Shown: positions 1-14,524, counted from the whole stretch's first letter. The stretch is DNA of 63,724 nt, filler included, from Octopus bimaculoides (GCF_001194135.2; 6 parts of 6 records of this genome joined end to end with filler, not necessarily neighbours in it); one strand, 5' to 3'. The notes: generated from the sequence alone by a model not told the origin. Numbers and translations: made by a program.

Positions 1-135
1 TGGATGGATGGATGGATGGATGGATGGATGGATGGCTAAGCTGGGTGGATGGATGGATGGATGGATGGACGGATGGATGGCTAGCTGGGTGGATGGATGG
101 ATGGATGGGTGGATGCATGAATGCATGGATGGATG
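1..135 (+). repeat. (TGGA)n microsatellite
   Basis: Direct tandem TGGA/GGAT units with a few interruptions. Confidence 0.95.
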
Positions 136-611
136 TAAGAATCGTGACACGTGGAAAGGCAGAGGTTTCAAGAAATGGCATAGATTTAAATTTATGTGAA
201 GATGTTCATCGAAAACCGCATCCTTCAGTTTGTGCTCACGTTTCGGAGTACTGCACGCTGGGCTTCGTCTCTCAGGAACCAGCATTTCTATATATATGAG
301 AAAACGGTCTCGGTCCTACTCACGAGCCTTTTCCTACAGTTGCCTTAAGCTGAAAACCATATCTGCTGTGCCTCTACCAGCCCGAACGGCTCACTGAGAT
401 TCAGGAAACACCAAGCTGCCAAGGGCATCATTTAGTCTCTTTAAGATAATTGTCGCAAAGATCTTCCCAGCAACACACACATGTGGGAGATACCTCTATG
501 GTTGTCACATTCACTTATCAAGATGGTCAATAGAAGATTCTTTAACCCCCCCCCCCCGGGGGACGTTACACAGAATAATGAAAATATAACAATGGTGTTG
601 CAATAGTCTGA

Positions 612-639
612 AAAACTTTTCCCAGCAGGGAAAAGTTTT
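612..639. other. Perfect 12-bp stem hairpin
   Basis: AAAACTTTTCCC-agca-GGGAAAAGTTTT. Confidence 0.85.
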
Positions 640-711
640 ATCAAAATCTATTCACAGAAATCCGAGAAATCCTGAATTTCACTCCTAAGCTATTGGCGTG
701 CTTCTCGGTGC

Positions 712-742
<31 letters not shown>

Positions 743-1456
743 TGTGTGTGTATGTATGTGTGTGTATGTATGTATATAAGTATAATATGATTGTCAGTCA
801 TTCTAAATGTATATTAATTTAAATGTTAAGTTCTTCAGATATGAAATACAGATGTAGCAGTCCCTAACTGTGCAGTTTGTGTAACTTTCTTTATTAACTG
901 GTTGTGTTGGGAATTGTGAAATACATCCAACCGCTACTCAGATTCCGTCATAAACATTTAACAGAATTGTGGTGTCTGGAAATGTCTCTCTTGTTTTAAA
1001 ACCAATGTCCATGTAACTAAAAACTTTTAATCTACGAAGAGTTTCTCCTCTGAGCGTTTATAACTAGTCATCCTCTAAGCCTATTGCTATGGAGAGAAGA
1101 AACATATCTTTTCATCGATCAACAAATACAATTTTCTGTCAGAAAAGATTACTAAATTTATCTTAAAAGCTTTTCATCGTCTGCATTGCGAAATGAAACC
1201 CATCATAAAATGTCCCCGATATCAATGAACTTTTCGTTTATTATCCTTACATAATANNNNNNNNNNNNNNNNNNNNNNNNNNNNNNNNNNNNNNNNNNNN
1301 NNNNNNNNNNNNNNNNNNNNNNNNNNNNNNNNNNNNNNNNNNNNNNNNNNNNNNNNNNNNNNNNNNNNNNNNNNNNNNNATATATACATACAAACATTCA
1401 TACATACATATAAATAAATGAAAGAAAATGGAATAAATCACCTTGTTTAAAATCAC

Positions 1457-1490
1457 TACAATTGTTTCGACACATTTTTACACCTCTAGT
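1457..1490 (-). ncRNA. Very degenerate HHR-like motif (Penelope pLTR type)
   Basis: Minus strand reads ctagaggtg...gtgtC-GAAAC-AATT-GTA, with a palindromic ACAATTGT stem III. The 5' core differs from CTGANGA. Confidence 0.25.
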
Positions 1491-1697
1491 ACATCGGTGA
1501 GATGTGCAATCATTGTCATGATTGTGTACATTATCCAAAGTGTACAATATGCCTCTTCAAGTGATTGTGTAAACAAGTCATTCTTCAGATCCTACAGCCG
1601 TATCACTCAGTGTGAGAATGCATACCCAATGTGACGTGTCATTTTCAGCAGTTTGCAGACAAGCGTGTGGGTGTGTGTTAACTTTTGCAAGGAAAAG

Positions 1698-1746
1698 CTT
1701 GACTGCAACTTCGAAGTTTCCGCTTGCTCTCCCTCATCAGACTGTG
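1698..1746 (-). ncRNA. Degenerate type I hammerhead ribozyme motif (family shared with 20584-20626)
   Basis: Minus strand reads cacagt-CTGATGA-gggagagcaagcg-GAAAC-TTCGAA-GTT-gcagtc. Core intact; stems I and II broken. Confidence 0.45.
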
Positions 1747-2744
1747 CTTCACTTATTTTTTTATTTACATAGTCTTCGTTACGTTGTTTTTTTTTTTAAG
1801 GAATTAGGTGAGCTATGTAGATGATAATTAGATTTATAAATAGAACGGGCAAGTCGTTGCGTGGGAAGTGGGTATTAAAAAGAGCAGGAGGAGAGTGTGT
1901 GTGTTTGAAGGGTGTGGAATAATAAAAATTAAAGGTGAGAGAGTTATTTTGGTCTGATTGAGGAGCTTAGAGATGTGTCCAATTCAGATAACATAGTAAA
2001 AGTTTTGCGTAATCCTTCAGTTTAATGTTAAATATTAAGGTTAGGTAGTTGAACACCAACGCCATCTAGTTTTTCCCCTCTTCGGTCATATAGGCTGACA
2101 CTATCCTCTATAAGGTCTGCCAGGTTCGAAGATTAATGCCTCGGAAAGCGCATCGGAACTGGTGTCTTACTGGTAGTTCAAAAGCAAATGGAGGCAACGT
2201 GGTTTTTTTGTTTGTTTGTTTTATTTTTTGTTTTTTTTGCCTTTTCATTCTCTGCAAACAATGATTCTAAATTCTGGAACTACTGTTTGGAGAATAATTA
2301 TACAAGAAATTGTCAAAATATTTAGGCATTGATAACTCACTCTTACGCATGTATCAATTACTAATAGGAATTATAAAATTGTACATGTTTATCCAACATG
2401 GGAAACCTCTAACTTACGAACCACTATACATCATGAAAACTACCAAACGTGTGCGCTTCTCAATGGTTCGCCATGCTAGCAAAACACATATTGTTGATTT
2501 ACTTAGAGATTGTGTCAAACTGTAAACATTTGTATTTACAATAGTCTCTTTTTCTTCAATCTTGTTTTTCACTTTCTCATTCCATTTCTTTTCCTTAGCT
2601 TTGAAACCATATTAACTCAATGGCTACCAGGAACAAACACTCTCTGCCAAGAATTTTTTTTTTCTTTATCAAGTTAAACGTTAATAGGGAAAACCAAATT
2701 CTGCGCCAGACACTTTTATAGACTTCCTTTTACAGGAAACAGCA

Positions 2745-3073
2745 ACAACAAGCAGAAGAAGAAGAAGAAGAAGAAGAAGAAGAAGAAGAAGAAGAAGAAG
2801 AAGAAGAAGAAGAAGAAGAAGAACAAGAACAAGAACAAGAAGAACAAGAACAAGAAGAACAAGAAGAACAAGAACAAGAAGAACAAGAAGAACAAGAACA
2901 AGAACAAGAACAAGAAGAAGAAGAAAAGGAAGAAGAAGTAGAAGAAGAAGAACAACAACAACAATAAGAACAAGAACAAGAAGAAGAAGAAGAAGAAGAA
3001 GAAGAAGAAGAAGAAGAAGAAGAAAAAGAAGAAGAAGAAGAAGAAGAAGAAGAAGNNNNNNNNNNTAAAAGAA

Positions 3074-3108
<35 letters not shown>

Positions 3109-3192
3109 AGAAGAAGAAGAAGAAAAGGAAGAAGTAAAAGAAGAAGAAGAAGAGGAAGAAGAAGAAGAAGAACAACAACAACAACAACAATA
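2745..3192 (+). repeat. Compound (GAA)n/(CAA)n trinucleotide array
   Basis: Long GAA run interspersed with CAA/GAACAA; includes a 10-N gap. Confidence 0.95.
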
Positions 3193-3319
3193 GTAATACT
3201 TCTATTCTTACCATGCCAGCAACACCACTAGTAGTAGTAGTAGTAGTATACTATCACTACAAATGGAATAGTTAAAAATTATAATTTATCTTATAGACGG
3301 TGTGTTATTAATAATTGTT

Positions 3320-3680
3320 TTAAATATTGGCACAAGGCTACCGAGTTCGGGACGACAGCTGAGCCGATTACATTGAAAGTGCTCAACTGGTACTTAGCTT
3401 ATCGACCCCGAAAGGATGAAAGACAAAGTCGACTTCAGCGGAATTTGAACACAGAACGTGAAGACGGACGAAATACCTCTAAGCATTTCGTCCAGCGTTC
3501 TAGTGATTCTGCCAGCTCGCTGCCATTATAGGGAACCATCGATTATATCTACGCCAGTGTCTCACTGGCACTTAATTTATCGACCTTGAAAGGATGAAAG
3601 GCAAAGTCGACCTCGGCAGAATTTGAACTCAGAACGTAAAGACGGACGCAATATCGCAAAGCAAGTTTCGCGGCGTGCTA
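3320..3680 (-). mobile_element. SINE family A, two adjacent diverged copies
   Basis: Reverse complement of the GGCGAGCTGGCAGAA...GAGTTCAAATTCC...GTCGACTTTGCCTTTCATCC...GGTCGATAA family seen many times in the window. Confidence 0.85.
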
Positions 3681-4163
3681 TAGTGTGTTATTAATTATAA
3701 AACGGGATTGAGTGTGTGTTTGGCTTTAAAAAAAAACAATATGAATGTGTGCGTAAGTGTATGAGTGTGTATATCTATGAATGTGAATTCATGAGTGTAT
3801 GGGTTTGTATGTGTGTATATGTGTGTACATGTGTGCATGTATGTATGTGTAAGTATGCGTGGAGAGTTGTCAATTGGACAGTATATCGAGGTGGTTTCAA
3901 CGACATAAGAAGACATTTTAAATATTCTAATTTTATTCAATTATCTACTCATTACTCGTCTAGAATAATGATAAAATGAATGTGCACACACACTCACAAA
4001 CACTAACACATACACCCACACACGCACACACACATGTATATGTATGTATATATGAACATATATATATGCATATAAACATTTTATATAAATAATTGCTTCT
4101 GTCTAGGGAGAGTCATTATGCCAATACCCTACATTATATATCCATATACATATATATATATAT

Positions 4164-4241
<78 letters not shown>

Positions 4242-4829
4242 NNNNNNNNNNNNNNNNNNNNNNNNNNNNNNNNNNNNNNNNNNNNNNNNNNNNNNNNNNN
4301 NNNNNNNNNNNNNNNNNNNNNNNNNNNNNNNNNNNNNNNNNNNNNNNNNNNNNNNNNNNNNNNNNNNNNNNNNNNNNNNNNNNNNNNNNNNNNNNNNNNN
4401 NNNNNNNNNNNNNNNNNNNNNNNNNNNNNNNNNNNNNNNNNNNNNNNNNNNNNNNNNNNNNNNNNNNNNNNNNNNNNNNNNNNNNNNNNNNNNNNNNNNN
4501 NNNNNNNNNNNNNNNNNNNNNNNNNNNNNNNNNNNNNNNNNNNNNNNNNNNNNNNNNNNNNNNNNNNNNNNNNNNNNNNNNNNNNNNNNNNNNNNNNNNN
4601 NNNNNNNNNNNNNNNNNNNNNNNNNNNNNNNNNNNNNNNNNNNNNNNNNNNNNNNNNNNNNNNNNNNNNNNNNNNNNNNNNNNNNNNNNNNNNNNNNNNN
4701 NNNNNNNNNNNNNNNNNNNNNNNNNNNNNNNNNNNNNNNNNNNNNNNNNNNNNNNNNNNNNNNNNNNNNNNNNNNNNNNNNNNNNNNNNNNNNNNNNNNN
4801 NNNNNNTAGATAGATATATATATATATAT

Positions 4830-5085
4830 AAAGAAAACAAAAAGTGGTACAAGAACGTAACAGGCGACAACAAAACATCCGGAGAGTTAGACGACACAAA
4901 AAAGGGCACGAAGAAACAAGGATGGCCATTCGGAGCTTTCTATCAGTCGAGTTCCAGATTATCTCAGCAGTTTCGGCCGGTTACACTCGAGACCGCTCTA
5001 AGCTGTCCGGCCCCAAGAAAATCTAAGCTAAGAGCACTAGATTCCTTGGAAGAAAGCAAGCGAATATATACGAAAGCATATAACT
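4830..5085. repeat. Unclassified interspersed repeat, possibly Penelope pLTR-related
   Basis: GC-richer block after a TA tract containing GTTTCGGCCGG (CCGGCCGAAAC on minus). No CTGANGA core found. Confidence 0.3.
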
Positions 5086-5689
5086 ATATATGTATACAGT
5101 GTACGTAAGGTATTTGAGGACATACCATTTTTGGGGTCATTGCTGCATTTGTTGCTAACTCTGTATAATCACTGTTTCGGAAAATAATAATGCATGTATA
5201 TTCACATGCATATTTACGTACATGCATAAATGTATGCATGCATGCATGAATGCATGCAAGTATATAGGAAGAGAAGCGTCTTCGTTGTTCAACGATTGAT
5301 TATTTCGAACTATTGAATTATCCGTTCCTGAACTAAAGTGCATGTGGCTGAGTCATCCATAAGCATATGCAAACTTAGTGTAATTTGTACGTGAACAGTA
5401 TTTGTGTGAAATAGTATGTGACACGGCTGTGTCTCTTGAATTACCGGAAGACTACCGTCAATAGGCTTCAACCATTCTGTCATAACATACCTACATACAC
5501 ATACACCCACACACATACATATACATAGAGAGAAAGAGAAATAATGATATAGATATATATACGTATGTATTTGATATCTATATGTGCAAGTGCATGTATA
5601 TATGTGTGTGTATCTGACTGCGCGTGTGTCAACGTATGCATATGTATGCATATACACATAGATGTACATGTGAAAATATATACATATAC

Positions 5690-5888
5690 ACACGCACATA
5701 TATATACATTTATATATACATTTATAGATATAGATAGATAGATAGATAGATAGATACATACATACATACATACATACATACATACATACATACATGCATA
5801 CATGCATACATACGTACATACATACATACATACATACATACATGCATACATACATGCATATATACTCATACATATACACACATACATA
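5690..5888 (+). repeat. Compound (TA)/(GATA)n/(CATA)n microsatellite
   Basis: Direct tandem units running into a gap. Confidence 0.9.
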
Positions 5889-6787
5889 NNNNNNNNNNNN
5901 NNNNNNNNNNNNNNNNNNNNNNNNNNNNNNNNNNNNNNNNNNNNNNNNNNNNNNNNNNNNNNNNNNNNNNNNNNNNNNNNNNNNNNNNNNNNNNNNNNNN
6001 NNNNNNNNNNNNNNNNNNNNNNNNNNNNNNNNNNNNNNNNNNNNNNNNNNNNNNNNNNNNNNNNNNNNNNNNNNNNNNNNNNNNNNNNNNNNNNNNNNNN
6101 NNNNNNNNNNNNNNNNNNNNNNNNNNNNNNNNNNNNNNNNNNNNNNNNNNNNNNNNNNNNNNNNNNNNNNNNNNNNNNNNNNNNNNNNNNNNNNNNNNNN
6201 NNNNNNNNNNNNNNNNNNNNNNNNNNNNNNNNNNNNNNNNNNNNNNNNNNNNNNNNNNNNNNNNNNNNNNNNNNNNNNNNNNNNNNNNNNNNNNNNNNNN
6301 NNNNNNNNNNNNNNNNNNNNNNNNNNNNNNNNNNNNNNNNNNNNNNNNNNNNNNNNNNNNNNNNNNNNNNNNNNNNNNNNNNNNNNNNNNNNNNNNNNNN
6401 NNNNNNNNNNNNNNNNNNNNNNNNNNNNNNNNNNNNNNNNNNNNNNNNNNNNNNNNNNNNNNNNNNNNNNNNNNNNNNNNNNNNNNNNNNNNNNNNNNNN
6501 NNNNNNNNNNNNNNNNNNNNNNNNNNNNNNNNNNNNNNNNNNNNNNNNNNNNNNNNNNNNNNNNNNNNNNNNNNNNNNNNNNNNNNNNNNNNNNNNNNNN
6601 NNNNNNNNNNNNNNNNNNNNNNNNNNNNNNNNNNNNNNNNNNNNNNNNNNNNNNNNNNNNNNNNNNNNNNNNNNNNNNNNNNNNNNNNNNNNNNNNNNNN
6701 NNNNNNNNNNNNNNNNNNNNNNNNNNNNNNNNNNNNNNNNNNNNNNNNNNNNNNNNNNNNNNNNNNNNNNNNNNNNNNNNNNNNNNN

Positions 6788-6849
<62 letters not shown>

Positions 6850-7099
6850 TACTGTCGTGTCTGACTTCAAATGTACAAAATTGTTGCTTAGAGAAACGAC
6901 ATTTCTCTATATACATGTTTTTATATGTCTATTCGGGTGTTTGCGTATGCTTGCATCTATTTGTGTGTGTATTAAAGTGTGTAAATATATATGTATGTGT
7001 GTGTATGCAACTATTTATCAGAATTGCATTGAGATAATGAACTGTTAAAATTCTTTGCTAATTACGTCTGGGATTTAGATTTGTCCCAACACCGTAAGC

Positions 7100-7332
7100 C
7101 TTCGTGTGGATATAACACCGTTTCATGTCACTGTGACATCTTGAAATGATCGCTCGACTTGCTAGGGACTGCCACAGAACCTTCTTCAAAACACATTCTA
7201 TCACCTTAAATGATAAAAATGAAGACATTAGATAATTATATTTATATCATTCTGAAATAAAATGAGATGGCCACGACTGGCTTGCTTTGATTATAAATCA
7301 TTCCCATTTAACCTAGGGCTAAACAACAACAT
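7100..7332 (+). mobile_element. Diverged SINE/LINE 3' tail fragment
   Basis: GCTCGACTTGCTAG...GATGGCCACGACTGG...CCTAGGGCTAAACAACAAC ends in an (AAC)n-like tail. Confidence 0.4.
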
Positions 7333-9213
7333 TGATATCTTTATGTCCACCAGTTTATAATATACTACGTTTATCAAATAACCTTTCAGCTAATGAGGCA
7401 ATTTCCTTAGCTAATCACTCAGTTATTAATTTATTATTAATTAAAACTGATATCTGAGCTCAAAATTACGTAACTGAATTTAATCGCTGTCCAACATGGC
7501 TGATTCATCGCCAATTAAAGCCTCATATTAATTATAAAGCACAGCCTGAAACAATTAAAATGTTGCAAGTATCCTAGATGTGCTCCAGTTGGCCACGATT
7601 TTAGTGATTCGAAATAAGCGATAAGCCAACATTGAGAAAAAGGCATTATCAATCATATGTGCCAGGTCGTCATGATTCTCATCCAGACAAGCATGGCAAA
7701 TTGATGTAAATAAGTTGAAAATCGTGCGTTTGTGCGCGCGAGTCCGAGAGCGCGCGTGGGTGTGTGTGAACAACTATAGTAAACACACAAACATAGCAAA
7801 CACTTTCTCTATATATTGACAAAACTTTTAGCTCCAAAGAATCGGTGTGTATGCACACACTACACACACGCACACACACTCACACACACACACACCAACA
7901 TATNNNNNNNNNNNNNNNNNNNNNNNNNNNNNNNNNNNNNNNNNNNNNNNNNNNNNNNNNNNNNNNNNNNNNNNNNNNNNNNNNNNNNNNNNNNNNNNNN
8001 NNNNNNNNNNNNNNNNNNNNNNNNNNNNNNNNNNNNNNNNNNNNNNNNNNNNNNNNNNNNNNNNNNNNNNNNNNNNNNNNNNNNNNNNNNNNNNNNNNNN
8101 NNNNNNNNNNNNNNNNNNNNNNNNNNNNNNNNNNNNNNNNNNNNNNNNNNNNNNNNNNNNNNNNNNNNNNNNNNNNNNNNNNNNNNNNNNNNNNNNNNNN
8201 NNNNNNNNNNNNNNNNNNNNNNNNNNNNNNNNNNNNNNNNNNNNNNNNNNNNNNNNNNNNNNNNNNNNNNNNNNNNNNNNNNNNNNNNNNNNNNNNNNNN
8301 NNNNNNNNNNNNNNNNNNNNNNNNNTTGAGCCTCAAAAAAACAAAACATAATAAAATTGAAATTTATCTCAAAGCATATGGCCCTTTCAAAACCATGTTA
8401 CTTCGGGCCGCAAGTTCGCCACGGTCCAAGTACGCTTTCAGAGCGAAGAGTTAGCGAAGAAATTTTCGACACTCTCTCTCCACACAGATGACTTGGTGAT
8501 GATACCGAGTTATCTTGGACAGAGAGTGACGAAGGTGATCGACTTACTCCACCCTCGAAGTTGCTGACCTCATGCAAAAATTTGAAACCAGAATTTGACA
8601 TGAAGAACGATGTGAACATTTAACAGTCAACACAACAACATTTGACAAAGAGCACAATCTTTGACACAGAGCGCGATGACAAAAATCTCATTGGAAATCT
8701 AGAGTACAACTGTAACAAGAAAAACGCAGTGCCGGATCATTCAAGATATCAATAATAGAAAACATTATAAATTAGTGATTGCCTTTTACTAAATAGTTGC
8801 TTTTAATATACACACAAGGCGACGTCGTTTCATGAAGAGCATATTTTCTGTATCAACAAAGGTAATATTTCCATAACATTCAATGTTCTACAACTATACA
8901 CTGCTTCCATATTCCCGTGTTACAATAGAAATCTGCATCCACTTTTCCATATCGTTTCCTTTCATATTTCAAGATGTGCCATTCAATCATATTTTAATAG
9001 TTGTATATAAAGTATATACTTACATTCAGCGGGTACCATCCTTCTTCCTTTGCTATTTATTTTACCATTATCTTCGAGAGCTTAAAAACGTTATTAATTT
9101 CGGTTATTTTATCATTTTCTGATAAAGTAATCGGTGCTTTACTTTTGTATATTGTTCAAGATGTGCTTATATAGATACACGTATAATACGTTACATATAT
9201 ATTCATGCCGATG

Positions 9214-9259
<46 letters not shown>

Positions 9260-9594
9260 GTATGTATGTATATGTATATATATATATATACATATACATA
9301 TATACATGTATAATATATGTGCGTGTGTGTGTATGTATAAATTTATGTGTGTGTGTGTATATATATGTATGTATGTATACGTAGTTATATTCGCAGGTAT
9401 ATATAGTACATACATTTAGACATAGTACATAGATGTATAGTCATGTATATGTACATAAGTGGATGTGTATACATGTAAGAATGTACATAAGTACAACCTA
9501 AACACATTTTTTTTTGCATCAATTTTTGAACAGACGAAATATACATACACTATTCACGCACTCTCTCTCGCTTTTTCTCTCTCTCTTTCTCTCC

Positions 9595-9625
<31 letters not shown>

Positions 9626-9681
9626 ACTCGAACTCACAAACATAAACTTCGATTTAACCTTTCGCTACCACTACCATATAC

Positions 9682-9731
<50 letters not shown>

Positions 9732-9741
9732 NNNNNNNNNN

Positions 9742-9775
<34 letters not shown>

Positions 9776-10224
9776 TGTGTGTGTGTGTGTGTCTGTGTCT
9801 GTGACTGTGTGTGTAGAATGCAAATAAAATTACGTGTTCTTATCTGTATGTGTGCGTGTCAATGTATGGCTACCAATATGAAACCGTGTATTGTGTATGT
9901 ATGTGGAGGAAAAAGAGCCATTTACATAATACTTATTATATTTTTCTCTACACATTTTGCTGGTACAATATTGAAGATGGCGCCAATATAACGTTGTCTG
10001 TCTAATTCTTTATCTTCGGTCAGAACTTCGGCGTTTAACCTAATATATTCTATTTCATTTACTATTGAACACCAGATTAATGACACACCACATTGCCATA
10101 AAACAATAACAACAAACAGGATATCAGTTTTATTTATATACACACACGCAAACACACACGCGCATAAGCACACACACACGGACATAAGCACACACACATA
10201 CATACATATATATATATATATATA

Positions 10225-10282
<58 letters not shown>

Positions 10283-10604
10283 TGGCTGTTTGAAGAAAGA
10301 TGTCGTCAGGTTGCTAAAGTAGATGCGGTGCTGTACTTCCCAGTTGGCGGTAAGCCGCACTAATGTAAGTTGCGCATAATAACAGTCACGTTTAAGATAA
10401 AGCATTGAATGAGAAAATATTTGTTGCCTATAGAGTCCTTAAGCTACATATATAAGATCAGGACTACTCCTTTTTTGATAGATATGATTATATGTTCGTT
10501 CATACACATGCGTGTATGTATGTGTATATGTGAACATATATATTAGTTATATATATCTTTGTGCATATGTGTGAGTATGACCGCGGGTGGGAGGGGAAGA
10601 GATG

Positions 10605-10735
10605 GCTTAGTGGTTAAGGGTATTGCAACATGGATCGTAATACTGCGGTTTAGATTACTGGGCTGGGCGATGCATTGAGTTCGAGAGCAAAAGTTCTTCA
10701 TTTCACGTTGCTCCAGTCCACTCGGAGTAAAAGTG
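10605..10735 (+). mobile_element. Old tRNA-derived SINE head with CORE-like segment
   Basis: A-box-like TGGCTTAGTGG, degenerate B-box, then CACGTTGCTCCAGTCCACTC. Confidence 0.55.
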
Positions 10736-11899
10736 GAGGCGGGAATTAGAAATTACTTGTAGATTATTGAAGAATGACAGTAGTAAATCTACCAACGTAG
10801 TCAAGTGAAATTCAAAGTATCCCTTACGTAAGTAAGACCTTATTAAGAATTTTTATTAGTGAATTATTTGAACAATTTTCTGGGACAATGTAAGCATCTG
10901 GGGGTAGTTCTCGTCTATCATTCAATAATCAGTGTATAGAGGTAAACATATGGAAAATTTCTTCCATGTCTAACTTACATTTTCTATTTCCAATTTTATC
11001 GAGGAATGCCCTATTAAGGTATAAAACACAGTATTTGACACGATTTGGTATCAAACACTGCTCATTAAGGGGACATACTTTTTTCCAACAGCTGCAAAGT
11101 TTCTTCGTGAGGTAAGCGCTGCCTCTACTACTAGCAGCACAATTCATTATATTTCAGTTCGCTTCAAAAACATACTTCAATAATTCATTTTTCGCATCAA
11201 CTATTATAGGTGCAGAATACATAACAAGAACTTAATATTGATAGGATATTTATTCTTATTGATACCAACCCACTTGAGACCGCCCTGTTTGTATGATACC
11301 ATCTTTTTTAATATGAACTAAATTAAAACTTACCATCAAAATTTCAATTATGTTCCAAATACCAGCTTTAGAATGAAAAAGATAATTTAATAAATTATTT
11401 TCAAATTCATTGAAACGAAGTCTTTATTTTGTCAACTGTAATATGGTAACAAAATTGTTATCAGTTTATGACAATGTATTATATTCGGAACCAAAATATA
11501 TAGTTGAGCATGACTTAGGGCAGAAGATATATTAAACACAACTTATTGCTAGATATGAATTGTTTGCTCGGGGTAGTATTATATGTTCTTAACACCAGCT
11601 TCCAAAAAATTTTATTGTGTGATTTCGCTTCCTTATCCTCAGCTTTCGTATGAAGTAAAAGATCATTTCATACCACATCATATTAAAAATCTACTTCTGG
11701 ACATTTTCTTGAAATGTCTAAGCTGTCATGGTCGGAATGCTTTTGTATGATACGCTTCAGAGACATTCAAAAACAGCAGCACTGTCATATTCATTTTTTT
11801 ATTTAAATCCTCAATGACATACAAGCATTCAAAACATTTGTATATAATTCGACAATTTCACATATTTATGCATTCAAATCATATATTCTTTTATTCTTT

Positions 11900-12185
11900 T
11901 GTTTGTTTCAGTCATTTGACTGTGGTTATGCTGAAGTACCCGCCTTTAGTCGAGCATATAGACCCAGGGCTTATTCTTTATAAGCCTAGTACTTATTCTA
12001 TCGGTTTTTCTTTTGCCGAACCGCTAAGTTACGGAGACGTAAACACACCAAGATCGGTTGTCAAGCGATGTTGGGGGACAAACACTGACACACAAACACA
12101 CAGACACACACACACACGCAGACACACACACACGCAGACACACACACACACACATGTATATACATATATATATACGACGGGCTTG
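11900..12185 (-). mobile_element. SINE family B, 3' tail and microsatellite linker
   Basis: Reverse complement of the tail at 46670-46870; ends in ATACGACGGGCTT as in other family B copies. Confidence 0.75.
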
Positions 12186-12254
12186 TTTTTTGTTCTGTCG
12201 AATACACAGTATAGTAGGATCAGTTGGGCACCGTCTGTGAGAAAAACAGCATAG

Positions 12255-13010
12255 CGACGCAGTTCACTCTGCCAGAAATTTGGAGACCACACGATGTACT
12301 GTTTTGCATTCGCTTCGGAAATGCCAATACGAACATTTCAGAGTGTGTGGGTGTCAATCTGAGGACAGTACAATCTGAGGATATGTACCGAGTGTGATAA
12401 AAATCAAACATCCATTCAACGCCATGGTGTTTGGAGTGATCACTAGTGATGGTGACGCTATGCCTTCATTCCTCTTCGCATACGGCCTCAGAATCAACAT
12501 GGAGGCTTACATCAAATGCCTGGGAGGTTAGTGCTGCCCTGGGTCAAGAGGGTGGCTGCTGCAAGACCCTATGTCTGGCAACTGGCTTCTTCATCATACC
12601 ACAGAAGCAGGAGAACCCAGCCATGACTGTCAGACAATTTCTGCGATCACATCAACCCTAATATCTGACCACCTAATTCCCCATACTGCAACGCTCTTCA
12701 TTATTATGTGTGGGGCGAAATTGAGCGAGAGACCAATAAAACCCCTTGTAACACTAAAGATGAACTGAAAGCAAAGATTATTGCAACATTGGCCAACTTA
12801 AACAAATAGACTGCCCAGAAGAGCTGCAGGAGATTCCGAAGTCGTCTGGAGGCCGTGGATGAAGCCAATGGCGATTTTATTGAATAAAGTTACTGTTTAG
12901 TATTTCAAGGTATTTTTATGTAATTTTGGTAAGTATATCTGTTAAAATAAGATGTCGGTATTATTTTCATTTTTGCGTAATTTATACGAGTTTATTCACC
13001 GCATCTAGTA
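12255..13010 (+). mobile_element. Internally deleted maT (DD37D-type) Tc1/mariner transposon relic
   Basis: Conceptual translation across stops and frameshifts gives KIKHPFNAMVFGVITSDGDAMP...RPYVWQ...PPNSPYCNALHYYVWGEIERETNKTPCNTKDELKAKI...RFRSRLEAVDEANGDFIE*. Terminus is TTTATTCACCGCATCTAG-TA. Confidence 0.85.
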
Positions 13011-14135
13011 TATATCGTTTACCTCGAGATCAGCCCTGATCTGGAAGATAAATGACGAAGGACAGGAAGTGAGGAGGGATTCGACAGTACTTGAATATAC
13101 GAGAAGAGGTAGAAAAGTCAGAGATGTAAGACAGCATATTGTACAGCAGGAATTTTTATGTGTTGGGGTAGGATTTATGTCAATCCTTCGAGATTATTTT
13201 CTGTCCCAGGTCCAGGAGCAAAGATTTCCTCTGAATATGGTATAGGTTTTGCATAGGATTAGTGGTTCCAGGGAGATTAAGCATTTTGCGGCACTGAAAA
13301 GAACGTCCGGAGATTTCCATTTACCAGGACTTATACTGAGTGATAATAAAATCTAGTATTTACCCGATCACATATGTTATATCTTTGTGCAATAAGCAAT
13401 CCATTAATAAACGTCATATAATTATATATCTTTAACCGAGAAAAACGTCGAAGATATTTTTTTACTAAAATCTGACGAAATTTCGAACGAACAGAAATTA
13501 ACAACCACATCACGAAAACGATAAATCATCTGGCGATCAGGCAGAAGATGACACCCAATATTAAAAGCATTGATTTTTAAGAAAATAATCAACACACAAA
13601 AGAAAATGAATTTTACATAGGTTTAATAATGGACTTTGTGTAAAAGATAGTCATTAGATATCTTTAAAGTATATACTGTTAATATTTACAATATAAATTT
13701 TATCATCACCGCAATAAGGCAGAACATGAGCGCGTTCTACTGCACGTAGACATAGTCTCACACACACACACACTTGCAGGCATGTACGCACGCGCGTATG
13801 AGTATTTACATACAAAACTAAAACGAAATGATAGAAAAAAAACGTAATAATTTTCATTAGTTTTACGTTGAGAAAAGAGCGGAAAGAATATCTTGACGTT
13901 TCAGACATATTTGTCCTCCACTGGAATGAGAGAAAGAGAAACGGATGTGGGAAAAGGAGACGAAATAGGAAGAAAAGTAAGAGAATAAATAATAGTGACT
14001 ATGATGTCGACATTTTGGGAAAATGATTAAGATCGGAGAAAAGAGGAAAAGAAGTAAAAGAGAAGAAAGCGAAGTATAACAATGCGCAAGGAATTAGAAG
14101 AGCGAAACAGCGATAATGCATGCACGAGTATGAAT

Positions 14136-14184
<49 letters not shown>

Positions 14185-14479
14185 AGTTTTAAATGGAAAG
14201 TAAATGTAAAAATAATTGAGTGTTATGAATTGGCACTTATGTATATCTGTATGTGTATGTGTTATTTTAGTGGAATTGTGTGTGTGTAGGATGACGTGTG
14301 TGTTTGTGCATGTATTTGCGTATGTTTTATGTGTTTGGTATATAGCAGTGTGTATGCGTATATTATTTGCTGTGCAAGGTTCTACGGTGTATATGGTGGC
14401 CTGCCTGCCCAGTGGCGTTATATACGTACTTCTACATATGTGAATGTGTGGAAGTCGAACGCCTAAGTAGAATTCGGCT

Positions 14480-14524
<45 letters not shown>

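Noticed and set aside
236-285. HHR-like CCGAAACGTG on the minus strand
   Set aside because: No clean CTGANGA, no stem II pairing, and position 17 is G, which is not a cleavable triplet.
4940-5010. Type II hammerhead reading (GGCC-GAAAC...CTGATAGA)
   Set aside because: Core spacing is wrong and stems I and III do not form.
10283-10352. Possible plus-strand exon LFEERCRQVAKVDAVLYFPVG|GTAAGC
   Set aside because: Good donor but no convincing acceptor and no recognisable homology.
11620-11645. CTGAGGA...CGAAAT on the minus strand
   Set aside because: No stem II or stem I complementarity; consistent with chance.
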